Numbered from the stretch's first letter, positions 28,497 to 38,739 are shown. The stretch is DNA of 64,000 nucleotides from Candidatus Woesearchaeota archaeon (GCA_016192905.1 JACPTG010000001.1:101005-165004), one strand, 5' to 3'. The notes: generated by a model from the sequence alone, not told the origin. Numbers and translations: made by a program.

Positions 28497-29922
28497 ACTG
28501 CCTGTAAAACAATCCGTAAAATTCGCAAACCCTGAAAGCAACCTTGCAGTCTGCACTTTATGGACTCCGCTTGAGATAGTTGAAAGGCACTTAAGCGAAG
28601 ATGACTATGCAATAATAGGCCAGCTTTACTCAAAAGATGCCGGGCTCAACACAGTGCTGAGGTATTGCCTGAGCAACAAGAGGATAAGATATATTGTTGT
28701 CTGCGGGCAGGACAGGACAGGAAGCGGGCAGGCGCTGATAAATTTGAAGGAAAAAGGGATTGATGCTGAAAGCAGGGTTATTGGAGTTCCGGGAGCTGCT
28801 GTTGACAAGGAGATTCCAAAAGACGCTGTGGAACGCTTCAGGAAGAATGTTGAGATTCTGGATTTTAGGAACGAGACTCATTACAGCAGGCTGAAGGATG
28901 AGATTAAAAGGTTGCCAAAACTGGAAAGCTATGGAACGCCTGAAGAGTTTCCGGAAGCGAAGGTTGAGCTGCCAGAGAGCTTTCCAACAGACCCGCTGTT
29001 CAAGATACGGGCGAAGACAGTGGGCGAAGCATGGCTGCAAGCACTTAGCGCAGTCATGACTTATGGAAGCGTCAAGCAGTCGCAGCATGATGAAAGGCAA
29101 AAGGAAGTGATATGCCTGTCAGCAACCATCACTGACGAAAATACAGCCAAACCTGAGTGGAAGAATTACTATCCATTTCAGATTGAAGAGCTTGAAGACT
29201 ATTATCCGCAAGTGCTGAGTGACCAGAAAATTCCTGAACTGACCTACACTTACGGGCAGAGGCTTAGGGACCATAAAGGTGTGGACCAAATAATGGAGAT
29301 GGTCAGGAAGCTGAAGGAAACGCCGTACACAAGGCGGGCTGTGGCAGCAACATGGAATGTTGAAAGAGATACCAACAATAAAAATCCTCCGTGCCTTTGC
29401 TTCATAGAGGCACTGGTGACTGAAGGAAAACTTTACCTGATTGCGTTTGTCCGCAGCCTTGATGTGTATGGCGCTTTTGTAAAGAATGCCTATGCCCTAA
29501 GGAGGCTGCAGGAAACCATAGCAGGGGAAACCGGGAACAAAGTCGGCGATTTAACCCTGATTTACGGCAGCGGCCATATCTACGAAAGGCATTTCAGGAT
29601 AGTAAATGAGCTGCTTAAGGATTGCCCGCTGAAGGAGAACATAAAATTCGACCTGCCAAGGAGCACAGGAAACCTGGACCCAAGGGGAAACATACACATA
29701 GAAATCTCAAAGGGCAGGCTGAAGCTCACTCACCTCGCTCCTGACGGCACAAGGCTTGAGGAATTCACGGCAGCCACAGCGGCAGAGGCTGTCCAGTGGC
29801 TTGTTCTCGGGCAAAAGATTGGGGACATAAGCCACGCCATATATGTTGGACAGGAGCTTGCCAAGGCTGAGCTTGCCATGAGGAAGGGGCTGAAGTACCA
29901 GCAGGACATGCCGTTGGGTTAG
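28489..29922 (+). CDS. thyA: MtrA-like/thymidylate synthase/DUF4346 fusion
   Basis: AVCTLW..IRYIVVCG..SGQAL (MtrA-like); YTYGQRL, TRRA, PPCL, RSLD, HIY (ThyA); DPRG..SHAIYVGQEL..YQQD (DUF4346). Confidence 0.88.
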   Translation: MPKLPVKQSVKFANPESNLAVCTLWTPLEIVERHLSEDDYAIIGQLYSKDAGLNTVLRYCLSNKRIRYIVVCGQDRTGSGQALINLKEKGIDAESRVIGVPGAAVDKEIPKDAVERFRKNVEILDFRNETHYSRLKDEIKRLPKLESYGTPEEFPEAKVELPESFPTDPLFKIRAKTVGEAWLQALSAVMTYGSVKQSQHDERQKEVICLSATITDENTAKPEWKNYYPFQIEELEDYYPQVLSDQKIPELTYTYGQRLRDHKGVDQIMEMVRKLKETPYTRRAVAATWNVERDTNNKNPPCLCFIEALVTEGKLYLIAFVRSLDVYGAFVKNAYALRRLQETIAGETGNKVGDLTLIYGSGHIYERHFRIVNELLKDCPLKENIKFDLPRSTGNLDPRGNIHIEISKGRLKLTHLAPDGTRLEEFTAATAAEAVQWLVLGQKIGDISHAIYVGQELAKAELAMRKGLKYQQDMPLG

Positions 29923-29932
29923 CCATTACGCC

Positions 29933-30676
29933 TCATGGCAGCTCCACGGCAAAGTGATACCTTAAAGTGGGCCAGCCGCTGTAGTCATAGACAAGGGCAT
30001 ACTGGCTCCTTGCGATAACCACTTTGATATCATTATCAGAGTTGCAGCTTGCGACCGCATACTCCTTTGAACCGCCTGCGGCAAGCGAGTTTACAACGCA
30101 CTGGCCAATCTGGTGGACTTTGGACACCCTCGCAGGCAGCTCTGCTGAGAAATCTGAAAGCGTCACCTTAGAATCCCCACCCTCAACTGAAAGCTCTACC
30201 GGGAATTTCAGTGAAAGCCCTGTGCCCTGCTCATTGAAGGTCACGCTGACAGCCCTCGCTCCTGCGTCAACTTCATAGCCCAAAACCTCAAACTCAGAAA
30301 AGTCAAGGCAGCTGTCAAGCTTTTCATTAATCAGCTTCTCTGACTCCTGCCTCACCAGTTCGAGGGAGGGGGCAACCGATGAGCCACCGAGCAGATGATA
30401 GGCGATTGGGTAGCCGCGGGGCGATTCAGTCCCGGCGGCCTGGGCGTATCCGGGTTTCCCTTCAGGATACGCGTAGCCTCCGCGAAGGGCGATTTGACCG
30501 TAAATGGCATCCTCCCCTGACTGCTCAAGGCACGCCTCCACAAACCTCCTCAGCGAGGATGCGTCAGGTGAACTGGGCGTGGTTGCCGGCTCCCTGGCAA
30601 ACAGAAGCACAATTCCGACAGCAAGGACAAGCAGCATTCCAACTATGAGAAACAGGGCGACCTGGCCTCTTTTCAT
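29933..30676 (-). CDS. class III signal peptide (pilin-like) protein
   Basis: MKRGQ followed by hydrophobic helix; FVEACL motif. Confidence 0.75.
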   Translation of the reverse strand: MKRGQVALFLIVGMLLVLAVGIVLLFAREPATTPSSPDASSLRRFVEACLEQSGEDAIYGQIALRGGYAYPEGKPGYAQAAGTESPRGYPIAYHLLGGSSVAPSLELVRQESEKLINEKLDSCLDFSEFEVLGYEVDAGARAVSVTFNEQGTGLSLKFPVELSVEGGDSKVTLSDFSAELPARVSKVHQIGQCVVNSLAAGGSKEYAVASCNSDNDIKVVIARSQYALVYDYSGWPTLRYHFAVELP

Positions 30677-30798
30677 AAGCTTCCCCCCGGGCAAACACGT
30701 ATATAAGTCTTATGCCCCAAAACTACATCAATTCCGCTTACTGAAGAAAAAGCCTTACCTGCACAACCTTTTTAACCCTCACCCGGGCACCTAAAGGC

Positions 30799-31623
30799 AT
30801 GCACAGGAAAGGCATTTCAAGAAGGCTTTTGCTAGGCACCCTAGTTTCTTGGGCATCAATGGCCATTTATTGCGGGTCGCCAAGGAACGTTCAACTGGCG
30901 CCTGAAATATCCAGCGGCCAGCCGACTTTTGAAAAAGTTGCAGCAGGAGAATCATCAGCCCTTCACTACAGGGACAGTGTCCTGAACGGCAGGCCAAAAA
31001 TAGTTCAGGCAAGGAGTTCTGGGGAGCTGAGCGGCATCCTGATGCTTCCCTATGAGAGGGAACTGGCTCTAAGCGCCCTTGAGGCGACAGCTGAAGAAGA
31101 TGGAAGCGTGGAAAGGATGCGCGCCCTGGAATACTGGGGCAGGACCTTTAAACAGAACGGAACAGCCTACATGGCTATCCCATTGATTCCAGGCTACCTG
31201 AGAAATGGTAAAATGCTGTCAACATTTGGAGAGGGGAGACCTGCAGCCATAGCAGTATTCCCAAGGGCTTTTGGAAAGGCAAGCATTGCCACAGAAAATG
31301 ATTTCTTCCTCGCCCTTGAAGAGCACGAATTGAGGCATGCCCAAGACTATAAGAATGGAATACCCTACGGGGAAGGCGTGTTTACAGGAAAAGACCTGAA
31401 AAACGTGGCTGACATGTACATGCTTCTTGAAATTACTGAGGCCCGCGCATACCAGCAGCTGATAAAGGCAATGCGTGAAGGGAACGCCACAGACTTGATG
31501 ATGGAATATGTCCTGCGGCAATACGCTGGCAAGCAAAACCTGCTAAAGAAACTCGGAGAATCGCAGGCAAATCTGGGCGAGCCCATGAAAAGGCTTGCAA
31601 AAAGCCAGCTTGAAGCGCTGTAA
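30799..31623 (+). CDS. exported HExxH zinc metalloprotease-like protein
   Basis: SRRLLL signal; EHELRHAQD followed by downstream E.RAY. Confidence 0.55.
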   Translation: MHRKGISRRLLLGTLVSWASMAIYCGSPRNVQLAPEISSGQPTFEKVAAGESSALHYRDSVLNGRPKIVQARSSGELSGILMLPYERELALSALEATAEEDGSVERMRALEYWGRTFKQNGTAYMAIPLIPGYLRNGKMLSTFGEGRPAAIAVFPRAFGKASIATENDFFLALEEHELRHAQDYKNGIPYGEGVFTGKDLKNVADMYMLLEITEARAYQQLIKAMREGNATDLMMEYVLRQYAGKQNLLKKLGESQANLGEPMKRLAKSQLEAL

Positions 31624-31712
31624 GCCGAACAAGGAAAATCCAGTATGCAAATAAATGAGTGCGCTTACAAATGACACAATCTTTATAATTGGTCTTCAAC
31701 CTTCAGATCCAT

Positions 31713-32288
31713 ATGCACAAGCTAATAGCCATAGTTGGAATGGCTGGCGCGGGAAAGAGCACTACAGCAGCCCACTTCCAGAAGGCAGGCTATGCGAAGG
31801 TAAGGTTCGGCGACGCGACTATGGAAGAGCTCCAGAGGAGGGAGATGGAGGTAAATGAGGAAAACGAGTCCCTGATACGCGAAACCCTCAGGCTTGAGCT
31901 TGGGATGGACGCGTATGCAAAGCTTAACGAGCCGAAGCTGAAGGAAGCATTGAGGTACAGCGACGTGGTCATTGACGGCCTGTACAGCTGGCAGGAATAC
32001 ACTTACATTAAGCCGAAGTTCCCGCAGCTAAGGCTGCTCGCGGTGTACGCCTCACCCAAAACAAGGTATGGAAGGCTGGCGTCCAGGCCAGAGCGCCCGT
32101 TAAGCAATGAAGAGGCGGCGGGCAGGGACTATGCAGAGATAGAGAACCTCAACAAGGCAGACCCGATAGCGATGGCGGATTATGCGATAATGAATGAGGG
32201 CTCGCTTGAGGAGCTGAAGCTTGGCACTGAAAGGATGATAAGGCTGATTGCGCATGAAAAACCTGACATGGGAAGAATACTTCATTGA
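31713..32288 (+). CDS. dephospho-CoA kinase-like nucleotide kinase (UPF0200-like)
   Basis: GMAGAGKS, VIDGLYS..E, IAMADY..NEG. Confidence 0.85.
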   Translation: MHKLIAIVGMAGAGKSTTAAHFQKAGYAKVRFGDATMEELQRREMEVNEENESLIRETLRLELGMDAYAKLNEPKLKEALRYSDVVIDGLYSWQEYTYIKPKFPQLRLLAVYASPKTRYGRLASRPERPLSNEEAAGRDYAEIENLNKADPIAMADYAIMNEGSLEELKLGTERMIRLIAHEKPDMGRILH

Positions 32289-32700
32289 AGTGGCGAAGCT
32301 CATTGCAAAGAAAAGCTCCTGCGCCAAAAGGCAGATTGGGGCTGTGATAGTCAAGGATGGAATGATTGTAAGCACAGGCTACAATGGTACGCCGCGGGGG
32401 GTCAAAAACTGCAACCAGGGAGGCTGCGAAAGGTGCAGCAGCGATGTGCAGTCAGGCCAGAACCTCCATGAATGCCTGTGCGTCCATGCAGAGGAAAACG
32501 CGATTGTGCAGGCAGCCTATCAGGGAATATCAACAAAAGGCTCTACGTTGTACACGAGCCTCTGCCCCTGCCTTTACTGCGCCAAGACCATTGTAAACGC
32601 GGGGATAAGGAAGGTGTTCTACAACCAGGGCTATGCGATGGACACTCAGACAATCAGGCTGCTTACGGAAGCAAAGGTGGATATAGAGAAATACAGCTAA
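32254..32700 (+). CDS. dCMP deaminase
   Basis: GYNGTP, HAEENA, PCLYC. Confidence 0.95.
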   Translation: MKNLTWEEYFIEVAKLIAKKSSCAKRQIGAVIVKDGMIVSTGYNGTPRGVKNCNQGGCERCSSDVQSGQNLHECLCVHAEENAIVQAAYQGISTKGSTLYTSLCPCLYCAKTIVNAGIRKVFYNQGYAMDTQTIRLLTEAKVDIEKYS

Positions 32701-32701
32701 T

Positions 32702-34006
32702 ATGACGCTGGATCAAAGGCTTTCATTGTATCCGGAATTTGCCGCTGCAAACAGCCCCGGGGGAAGCTACCTGCCTGGACTGGCAGCTGCCTCGCTAGTG
32801 TCACTTATTGCACCTGAAGGAAAAGGCATTACAGTGGCGGCCATGACCCCTGGAGAATCATACAATGAGAGAGGCCTCTATCACAGGGTGGGGGAATACT
32901 GTAGGGAAATAGGCGAATTCCTTCCTATTTCATCCAGATGCGTCTGGAACTACGTTGAAATCATACGCACCGGGCAAAGGGTTCCGGGACTTCTGACAAG
33001 AGGAGGCATAACAGTTAAAACAAATCAAGGATATAAGGTCACAGATGCCAGAGAACTGGTGTTACCGATAATGCACGGCGCCGCCAGGTTTGTATCTGCT
33101 GCCAGGGGAAAGGCTGACTACGTTTCTGCAGGTTCAATTTTCGGGAAAAACTCAGGCCATGCGCTTCATTCAAACATATCAATAGTGCTTGGACTGATAA
33201 AATATTTGGCTTCAGAACCAGGAAAACACGGCATCTCTGAAATCCTAGATAAAACGGGGATTGACCCATCATCCGCAAACCTTTCACTCACCCTGCAAAA
33301 TCTTGGAAAAGCCAAAGTAATAGCGTATGACTCCAGAGCCCTTGAGATTGACGGAGAAAGACCAAGAGACTGGGCAGAATACAGGCCGGCGGACTTTCCA
33401 GACAGGGCAGAGGCAAGAGAAATGGTTTACAAGGCAAAGCCAACATTCAACGAATGGAGCCTATTGTTCAAGGTGCTTGACTATGCTGCAGAGCATCCAC
33501 ACGCAGTTGTTACATCGCATTTCCTTGAGAGAAGAATCGGGGGCAGCTACAAAAATATCTCGAAAGTTTTGGCTGCGTTGTGGTCAGCCGAAATCTTTGA
33601 CAAGGAGTATGGGCCGCCAGAATCAGCAGACAGCAGTGCTGCTGAAGCCAATCCAGTTACTCACATGCTTTATGAAAATGTTGTAGGGCCTGCATTAAAC
33701 ACTGCAATGACACTAAAGCCTGCGGGCATACGTGCAGGAAGCCGTGAATTGCGCGAATACATAAGGAACTATAGTGAAGAATCAACAACCGCAAGGGACA
33801 GGCCGGACACAAAAAAAGCTGTTCTTAGAATCCTGGAAGAAAGCGGCAGGATCAAGCTAAGCGCTGCATCAGAACTCCTGAAAAAGGCAACAGGCCGCAA
33901 TTACCGAAGCGATACATGCCAAAAAGCACTCCGAAGGCTTATCGGGGAAGGAAAAGCAAGAAGCCTGGGAAACGGCTGGTATGCATCTACTTCTTCTGCC
34001 AGTTGA
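32702..34006 (+). CDS. hypothetical multi-winged-helix protein
   Basis: Several wHTH-like segments. Confidence 0.55.
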   Translation: MTLDQRLSLYPEFAAANSPGGSYLPGLAAASLVSLIAPEGKGITVAAMTPGESYNERGLYHRVGEYCREIGEFLPISSRCVWNYVEIIRTGQRVPGLLTRGGITVKTNQGYKVTDARELVLPIMHGAARFVSAARGKADYVSAGSIFGKNSGHALHSNISIVLGLIKYLASEPGKHGISEILDKTGIDPSSANLSLTLQNLGKAKVIAYDSRALEIDGERPRDWAEYRPADFPDRAEAREMVYKAKPTFNEWSLLFKVLDYAAEHPHAVVTSHFLERRIGGSYKNISKVLAALWSAEIFDKEYGPPESADSSAAEANPVTHMLYENVVGPALNTAMTLKPAGIRAGSRELREYIRNYSEESTTARDRPDTKKAVLRILEESGRIKLSAASELLKKATGRNYRSDTCQKALRRLIGEGKARSLGNGWYASTSSAS

Positions 34007-34151
34007 AGCCGCGCAGCCTGGCTGACTTGCCGTAGCCGCAACTGCTGCACCTCTTCTTGCTGAGGTGATATGAGCGCTTGCTGCATCTCCGGCAGAGAAT
34101 CATGTTCTTCTTGCCGGACTTCTTGCCCATTGAAGGGGTGCCCTTAGACAT
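33987..34151 (-). CDS. rpl37e: 50S ribosomal protein L37e
   Basis: Hand translation MSKGTPSMGKK..CRRCSKRSYH..CSSCGYG. Confidence 0.96.
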   Translation of the reverse strand: MSKGTPSMGKKSGKKNMILCRRCSKRSYHLSKKRCSSCGYGKSARLRGFNWQKK

Positions 34152-34156
34152 AATGC

Positions 34157-34384
34157 TCACTCAGGAGAAATGATTATTATGGTGTCTCCGCGGATGAAGA
34201 CCATTCCGAGCTTCCTCTTGGTCTCGCCATCTGCGCGTTCCTCAGCATCCTCAAGGACAACGTTAACGTGAATGTCAAAAGCCCTGAGCTTCCCGACATA
34301 TTGCTTGCCGCCCTTAAGCTCAACAAGAACCCTCTTGTTCCTCGCCTGGTTCAGGGCATCCAAAGGCCTGTCTTCAATTGTCAC
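34157..34384 (-). CDS. Sm-like archaeal protein
   Basis: RPLDAL, GKLRAFDIHVNVVL, IRGD; adjacent to L37e. Confidence 0.96.
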   Translation of the reverse strand: MTIEDRPLDALNQARNKRVLVELKGGKQYVGKLRAFDIHVNVVLEDAEERADGETKRKLGMVFIRGDTIIIISPE

Positions 34385-34731
34385 GACAAGGCGGGAATCC
34401 GGGCAGTATATAAAGTTTGCCATGGCAAAATAGTTAAGTACGGGTCTTGAGATGATAACCAAATACGTGTTTTACTGCAAGAACTGCCAGAAAAGGATAA
34501 CCCTTGTCCTTGAGCCGCTAGTCTAAATCCACATGCATGCCTTTTGTAAGCTCCTTCCATTCCTTTTCTGTAACCTTTCTTGTAGGCATTTTTGGGGGAA
34601 TCAGCTCGTCAAGCAGGTCAAAAGGGTCCTTTGATGTCAATTTCCCTTTCATGGCATGTATTTGGCCAGTCCATGTTAATAAACCTCGGTATTCGCAAGC
34701 ATTATAAACCCTCTGGGTTACCCGGCCTTCA

Positions 34732-35109
34732 ATGTTGACACAGCACAGGTCAAGGAGAAGCCCAAGCGGCTCAAGGTATAAGAAGGCCAGGGGCAAGAGG
34801 CTGCACGAGACAGGCAGCGAGCCGACATTCACAAGGGTCGGCGAAAGGTTCCTGAAGGCAGTGCGGCTGAAAGGCGGAGCCCTGAAGGCAAAGCTGCTGA
34901 GGGCAGACACGGTAAACCTGCTTGACCCAAAGACAAAAACCTACAAGGCAGTCAAAATCAGGACAGTTGCGGACAATCCTGCAAGCAAGCACTTCATAAG
35001 GCGGAATATAATAACAAAAGGGACAGTTCTGGATACTGAGGCAGGAAAGGCCCGCGTTACCAACCGGCCAGGCCAGGAAGGCGCTGTGAACGCAGTGCTA
35101 ATCCAGTAG
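34732..35109 (+). CDS. rps8e: 30S ribosomal protein S8e
   Basis: NPAS..RRNIITKG, TNRPGQEG.VNAVL. Confidence 0.97.
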   Translation: MLTQHRSRRSPSGSRYKKARGKRLHETGSEPTFTRVGERFLKAVRLKGGALKAKLLRADTVNLLDPKTKTYKAVKIRTVADNPASKHFIRRNIITKGTVLDTEAGKARVTNRPGQEGAVNAVLIQ

Positions 35110-35145
35110 GCTGTTATCACGATGAAAGGCGGCAATCAGAGATGA

Positions 35146-35862
35146 ATGAAAACCTATTTTATCCCGGCAAAGTCAAACCTTGAAATACTGCTTCCTGAAG
35201 AGAACATAAGGCAGCTCCCCCCCAATGTTGGGCTTATTACCAATATCCAGCACCTGCACAGGCTGGAAGGCGTTAGGCAGCAGCTCCAGAAATCAGGAAG
35301 GAAGGTCACTGTTCTGAAAGGCCACCATTCAAAATACCAGGGCCAGATGTACGGCTGCGATTTCCCGGCTGATGCAGGCAATGAAGCTGTGCTCTTTATC
35401 GGCACAGGAAGATTCCATCCAAGGGGCATATTCCAGCTGGGGAAAGACATCTTCATCTATGACCCGCTAAACAGACACTTCCAGAAGATGGACATGGGCG
35501 ACGCGGAAAGGTTTGAAAAAAGGAGGAAGGCTGCCCTGATGAAGTTCCTCCACTCAACAAAGATAGGCGTCCTTGTTTCAACCAAGCCAGGGCAGATGCA
35601 CAACAGGGTTGTGGAGGCGCTGAAGAGGATATACCCTGATAAGCAGTACTACCTGCTTGTATCCGACACAGTGGACTTTTCAGAGCTGGCGAATTTCACC
35701 TTTGTAGAATGCTATGTGAACACTGCCTGCCCAAGGCTGATGGAAGACTGGGAAAAGTTTGACAAGCCTGTTGTGAATATTGAGGAAGTGATGGCAGGCC
35801 TTACCCCTGAACAGAAGGCTGCGAAGAAATATCCATACCCGCTGTATACCCGGACTGCCTAG
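35146..35862 (+). CDS. dph2: diphthamide biosynthesis protein Dph2 (short form)
   Basis: GQMYGC, GTGRFH, STKPGQ, NTACPRL. Confidence 0.88.
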   Translation: MKTYFIPAKSNLEILLPEENIRQLPPNVGLITNIQHLHRLEGVRQQLQKSGRKVTVLKGHHSKYQGQMYGCDFPADAGNEAVLFIGTGRFHPRGIFQLGKDIFIYDPLNRHFQKMDMGDAERFEKRRKAALMKFLHSTKIGVLVSTKPGQMHNRVVEALKRIYPDKQYYLLVSDTVDFSELANFTFVECYVNTACPRLMEDWEKFDKPVVNIEEVMAGLTPEQKAAKKYPYPLYTRTA

Positions 35863-35906
35863 GCAATAATGATTCATAGATTAAGTTAGATAGATTTTAA
35901 TATAGC

Positions 35907-36464
35907 GTGGCAGAACGTATTCAGATGCCCCTGGCTGCAGCACACGTGCTTATTCCCCTGTTCCTCGCCAGTGTCCTGAGGGATTACACAAGATGGGGCA
36001 GGAAGCACATCAGCAAGGGCGTGGTTCTTTTCATAGGCATAAGCGGCCTGCTTCCTGACCTTGACGTGCCTGTATTCCTGCTGCTCTCCCAGTTTAGCCA
36101 GGTAAGCATGGAGAACATTCACCGGACAGTCACGCACTCGCTGATTGTTCCCCTGGCGGCCTTGGCCGCATTCTTCCTGCTAAGGGCAATCAGGCCAGGG
36201 AACAACGCTTATCTGCTTGGCTTCGCTGCAGGCAGCCTGAGCCATATAATCCTGGACGGGCTGATGAAGGGCGGTGTTCCGCTGTTCTTCCCGCTGAGCA
36301 GCCAGAGTTACGGCCTTAACCTGATAAGCCTCCTTGTGCCCGGGACAGGTTCCTCTGCCATGTACGAATTCACGCTCCTCGCAGGATTTGATGCAGCGCT
36401 GCTGACAGGATGGCTGGTCTATGAATTTCACAAAAAGAGAATCAAAAAGCTCCTCACTTCTTGA
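35907..36464 (+). CDS. membrane-bound metal-dependent hydrolase (YdjM-like)
   Basis: LPDLD, HRTVTHS, SHIILD. Confidence 0.88.
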   Translation: MAERIQMPLAAAHVLIPLFLASVLRDYTRWGRKHISKGVVLFIGISGLLPDLDVPVFLLLSQFSQVSMENIHRTVTHSLIVPLAALAAFFLLRAIRPGNNAYLLGFAAGSLSHIILDGLMKGGVPLFFPLSSQSYGLNLISLLVPGTGSSAMYEFTLLAGFDAALLTGWLVYEFHKKRIKKLLTS

Positions 36465-36783
36465 AAACCTTCCTTAGGAGCCTGATTTCATCAAGAAGCT
36501 CATGGGTAATCTCCTTCAGGAGCCTGGTCTCATTCGCGCTCTCCCTAATCACATCGGACAGCTCCTCCTTGACATCGGCGTTAAGGCTGGAGATAATTAT
36601 AAGGATCAGAAGGGAAAGCCAGCTGAAAATTGCGATGAGCATAAGCCAGCTCAGCTTCTGGTCAATCCTGAAAACCTGCTGGATCAGGTAAAAGCCTACG
36701 GCAATTGTGGCAAGGCCTATTACCAGTACAGCCTTCTCAAAGAACGTCACCTTCCTGAAACCCTCTGAAAGCTGGCCCAGCAT
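36454..36783 (-). CDS. two-TM membrane protein
   Basis: Two hydrophobic helices and a coiled-coil tail. Confidence 0.7.
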   Translation of the reverse strand: MLGQLSEGFRKVTFFEKAVLVIGLATIAVGFYLIQQVFRIDQKLSWLMLIAIFSWLSLLILIIISSLNADVKEELSDVIRESANETRLLKEITHELLDEIRLLRKVFKK

Positions 36784-36833
36784 AAAACCTCTTTTGAGGC
36801 AAAATTCGGATTAGGGCTATATAAACATTTCTC

Positions 36834-37784
36834 CTAAACCCTGAACTCCTCATCTCCGCCGTACACGCGCAATGCCCTGGCGACATCATAGTCGCCAAAA
36901 GTCAATGAGGAAATCGCGTTGCACATCCGGACAGCCTCCTTCAATGGCTTCTGGTGAATGTTCCTTCCTGTCGCGTTCCCGCTTACACCGCCGACATGGA
37001 GCTGCCTGTGCAGGCCCTCAAGGAATTTTTTCGTGTCCACGCTGCTTCCCCCTGCGCAAATTACCTTTGTGCGGCCAGCAGCCATTATCGCCTCCTTCAG
37101 CAATTCTGCCGAGTCATGACCTTCCTTCTTCGGAGGGTTTACCTTTGTGAAGTCTGTACCCAGGCACGCCGCTGTTCCAGCTGCTCCTGCAATCAGGTGA
37201 GGGTCCTTTTCATCCTTCACAGCCTTTCCGCGGGGATACATCCATATGACTGAAATCATTCCGTGCTGGTGCGCCCTGTGTATTGCCTGCGCCGCCTCTG
37301 CCAGCATCTCGCCCTCAAATTCGCTGCCGAGATACACTGTATAGCCTATTCCCGCTATTTTTAGGCCTGAGCTTTTCTGGAACTCAGCCACCTGGTCTGC
37401 AGTCCACATTGCCTTGCTGTTTGGGTCTTTCTGCTCTGTCTTTACAAGGTGAGACTTGCTGTTGAGCTTTACAAGGTAAGGGATTGAATCATAGCTTGGC
37501 CCGAACCTTGAAATCAGGCCGAGCTGCGCTGCGAACACGCCGATTGTTCCCTGGGAGGCTATCCTGAAGAGATGCTCAGGCTCTGCATCGTCAACCGGTA
37601 TCTGGCCTGTGTCCGCGGTCCCGTAAAAGTCGTCGTTCAGGTGCTCTATCTTCTGGTCGCCTGCGAACAACATGAGCCTGCCTGTGCCATGCGTAGCAAG
37701 ATGATAGTTGCTCCTGTAAGCAGCCCTTGACGCTGCCGGAACATCTGCCGGGACTGCCATGTCTTCCTTTTCCATCTTTTTCAT
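36834..37784 (-). CDS. class I (DhnA-type) fructose-bisphosphate aldolase
   Basis: DQKIEH, WMYPRG, LGTDFTKVN, GRNIHQ. Confidence 0.92.
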   Translation of the reverse strand: MKKMEKEDMAVPADVPAASRAAYRSNYHLATHGTGRLMLFAGDQKIEHLNDDFYGTADTGQIPVDDAEPEHLFRIASQGTIGVFAAQLGLISRFGPSYDSIPYLVKLNSKSHLVKTEQKDPNSKAMWTADQVAEFQKSSGLKIAGIGYTVYLGSEFEGEMLAEAAQAIHRAHQHGMISVIWMYPRGKAVKDEKDPHLIAGAAGTAACLGTDFTKVNPPKKEGHDSAELLKEAIMAAGRTKVICAGGSSVDTKKFLEGLHRQLHVGGVSGNATGRNIHQKPLKEAVRMCNAISSLTFGDYDVARALRVYGGDEEFRV

Positions 37785-37788
37785 AGTA

Positions 37789-38739
37789 TCACCTGCTGTG
37801 CGATATCCTGTGCGTCGCCTTGATTAGCCTTACAGTGCCTGACTTTGACCTGGTCACAATTGAATGTGTTATCGCGCCATCCCGCGTGAAATTCACGCCT
37901 TCCAGCAGCAGGCCGCTGACAACTCCTGTCGCTGCGAACACAACATTGTCCCCTTTTGCAAGGTCCTCTGTCCTGAACACCTTTTCAGGGTCCCTAATGC
38001 CCATTGACGCCGCGCGCTTCCGGTCAGCATCATCCTTGAAGGCAAACCTCGCCTGCATCTCGCCGCCGAGGCACCTTATTGCGGCAGCAGCCAGCACGCC
38101 TTCAGGCGCAGCGCCTATGCCAAGCAGCATGTCAACCGCGCAGTAATCAAGCGAAGGCGCAATAGCCCCGGACACATCGCCGTCAGGAATCAGCTGTATC
38201 CTCGCCCCTGTCTCCCTTATCTGCTTAATAAGCTGCTGGTGCCTGTCCCTCTCAAGCACCACGATGGTGACCTCACCCACATCCTTTTCAAGGGCATCAG
38301 CAACGGCCCGGATGTTTTCCGCAGGCGTGGCATCGAGGTCTATTTTTCCGCGGGCTTCAGGGCCGACGGCTATCTTATTCATGTAGGTGTCCGGAGCTCC
38401 GAGCAGGTTTCCCCTTGGAGCGGCCGCGAGCACAGAAATCGCATTTGGCCTACCATAGGCAACGCTGTTCGTGCACTCAAGGGGGTCCACTGCAATGTCC
38501 CACTTTAATCCCTTTCCGTTGCCGACCTTTTCACCAATGAACAGCATAGGCGCCTCATCCCTCTCACCCTCGCCAATGACTATGGTAGCGTCAATGTCAA
38601 TGTCATTGAACCTCTTCCGCATAAGATTGACCGCTGCCTGGTCTGCAGAATTCTTGTCACCCTTCCCAAGCCATTTCGCAGAGGCTATCGCCGCCTCCTC
38701 AGTAACCCTTACAAAGTCAAGAGCAAGATTCCTATCCAT
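37789..38739 (-). CDS. glpX: class II fructose-1,6-bisphosphatase
   Basis: IGEGERDEAPML, AVDPLE, DGDV, PEGV. Confidence 0.97.
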   Translation of the reverse strand: MDRNLALDFVRVTEEAAIASAKWLGKGDKNSADQAAVNLMRKRFNDIDIDATIVIGEGERDEAPMLFIGEKVGNGKGLKWDIAVDPLECTNSVAYGRPNAISVLAAAPRGNLLGAPDTYMNKIAVGPEARGKIDLDATPAENIRAVADALEKDVGEVTIVVLERDRHQQLIKQIRETGARIQLIPDGDVSGAIAPSLDYCAVDMLLGIGAAPEGVLAAAAIRCLGGEMQARFAFKDDADRKRAASMGIRDPEKVFRTEDLAKGDNVVFAATGVVSGLLLEGVNFTRDGAITHSIVTRSKSGTVRLIKATHRISHSR

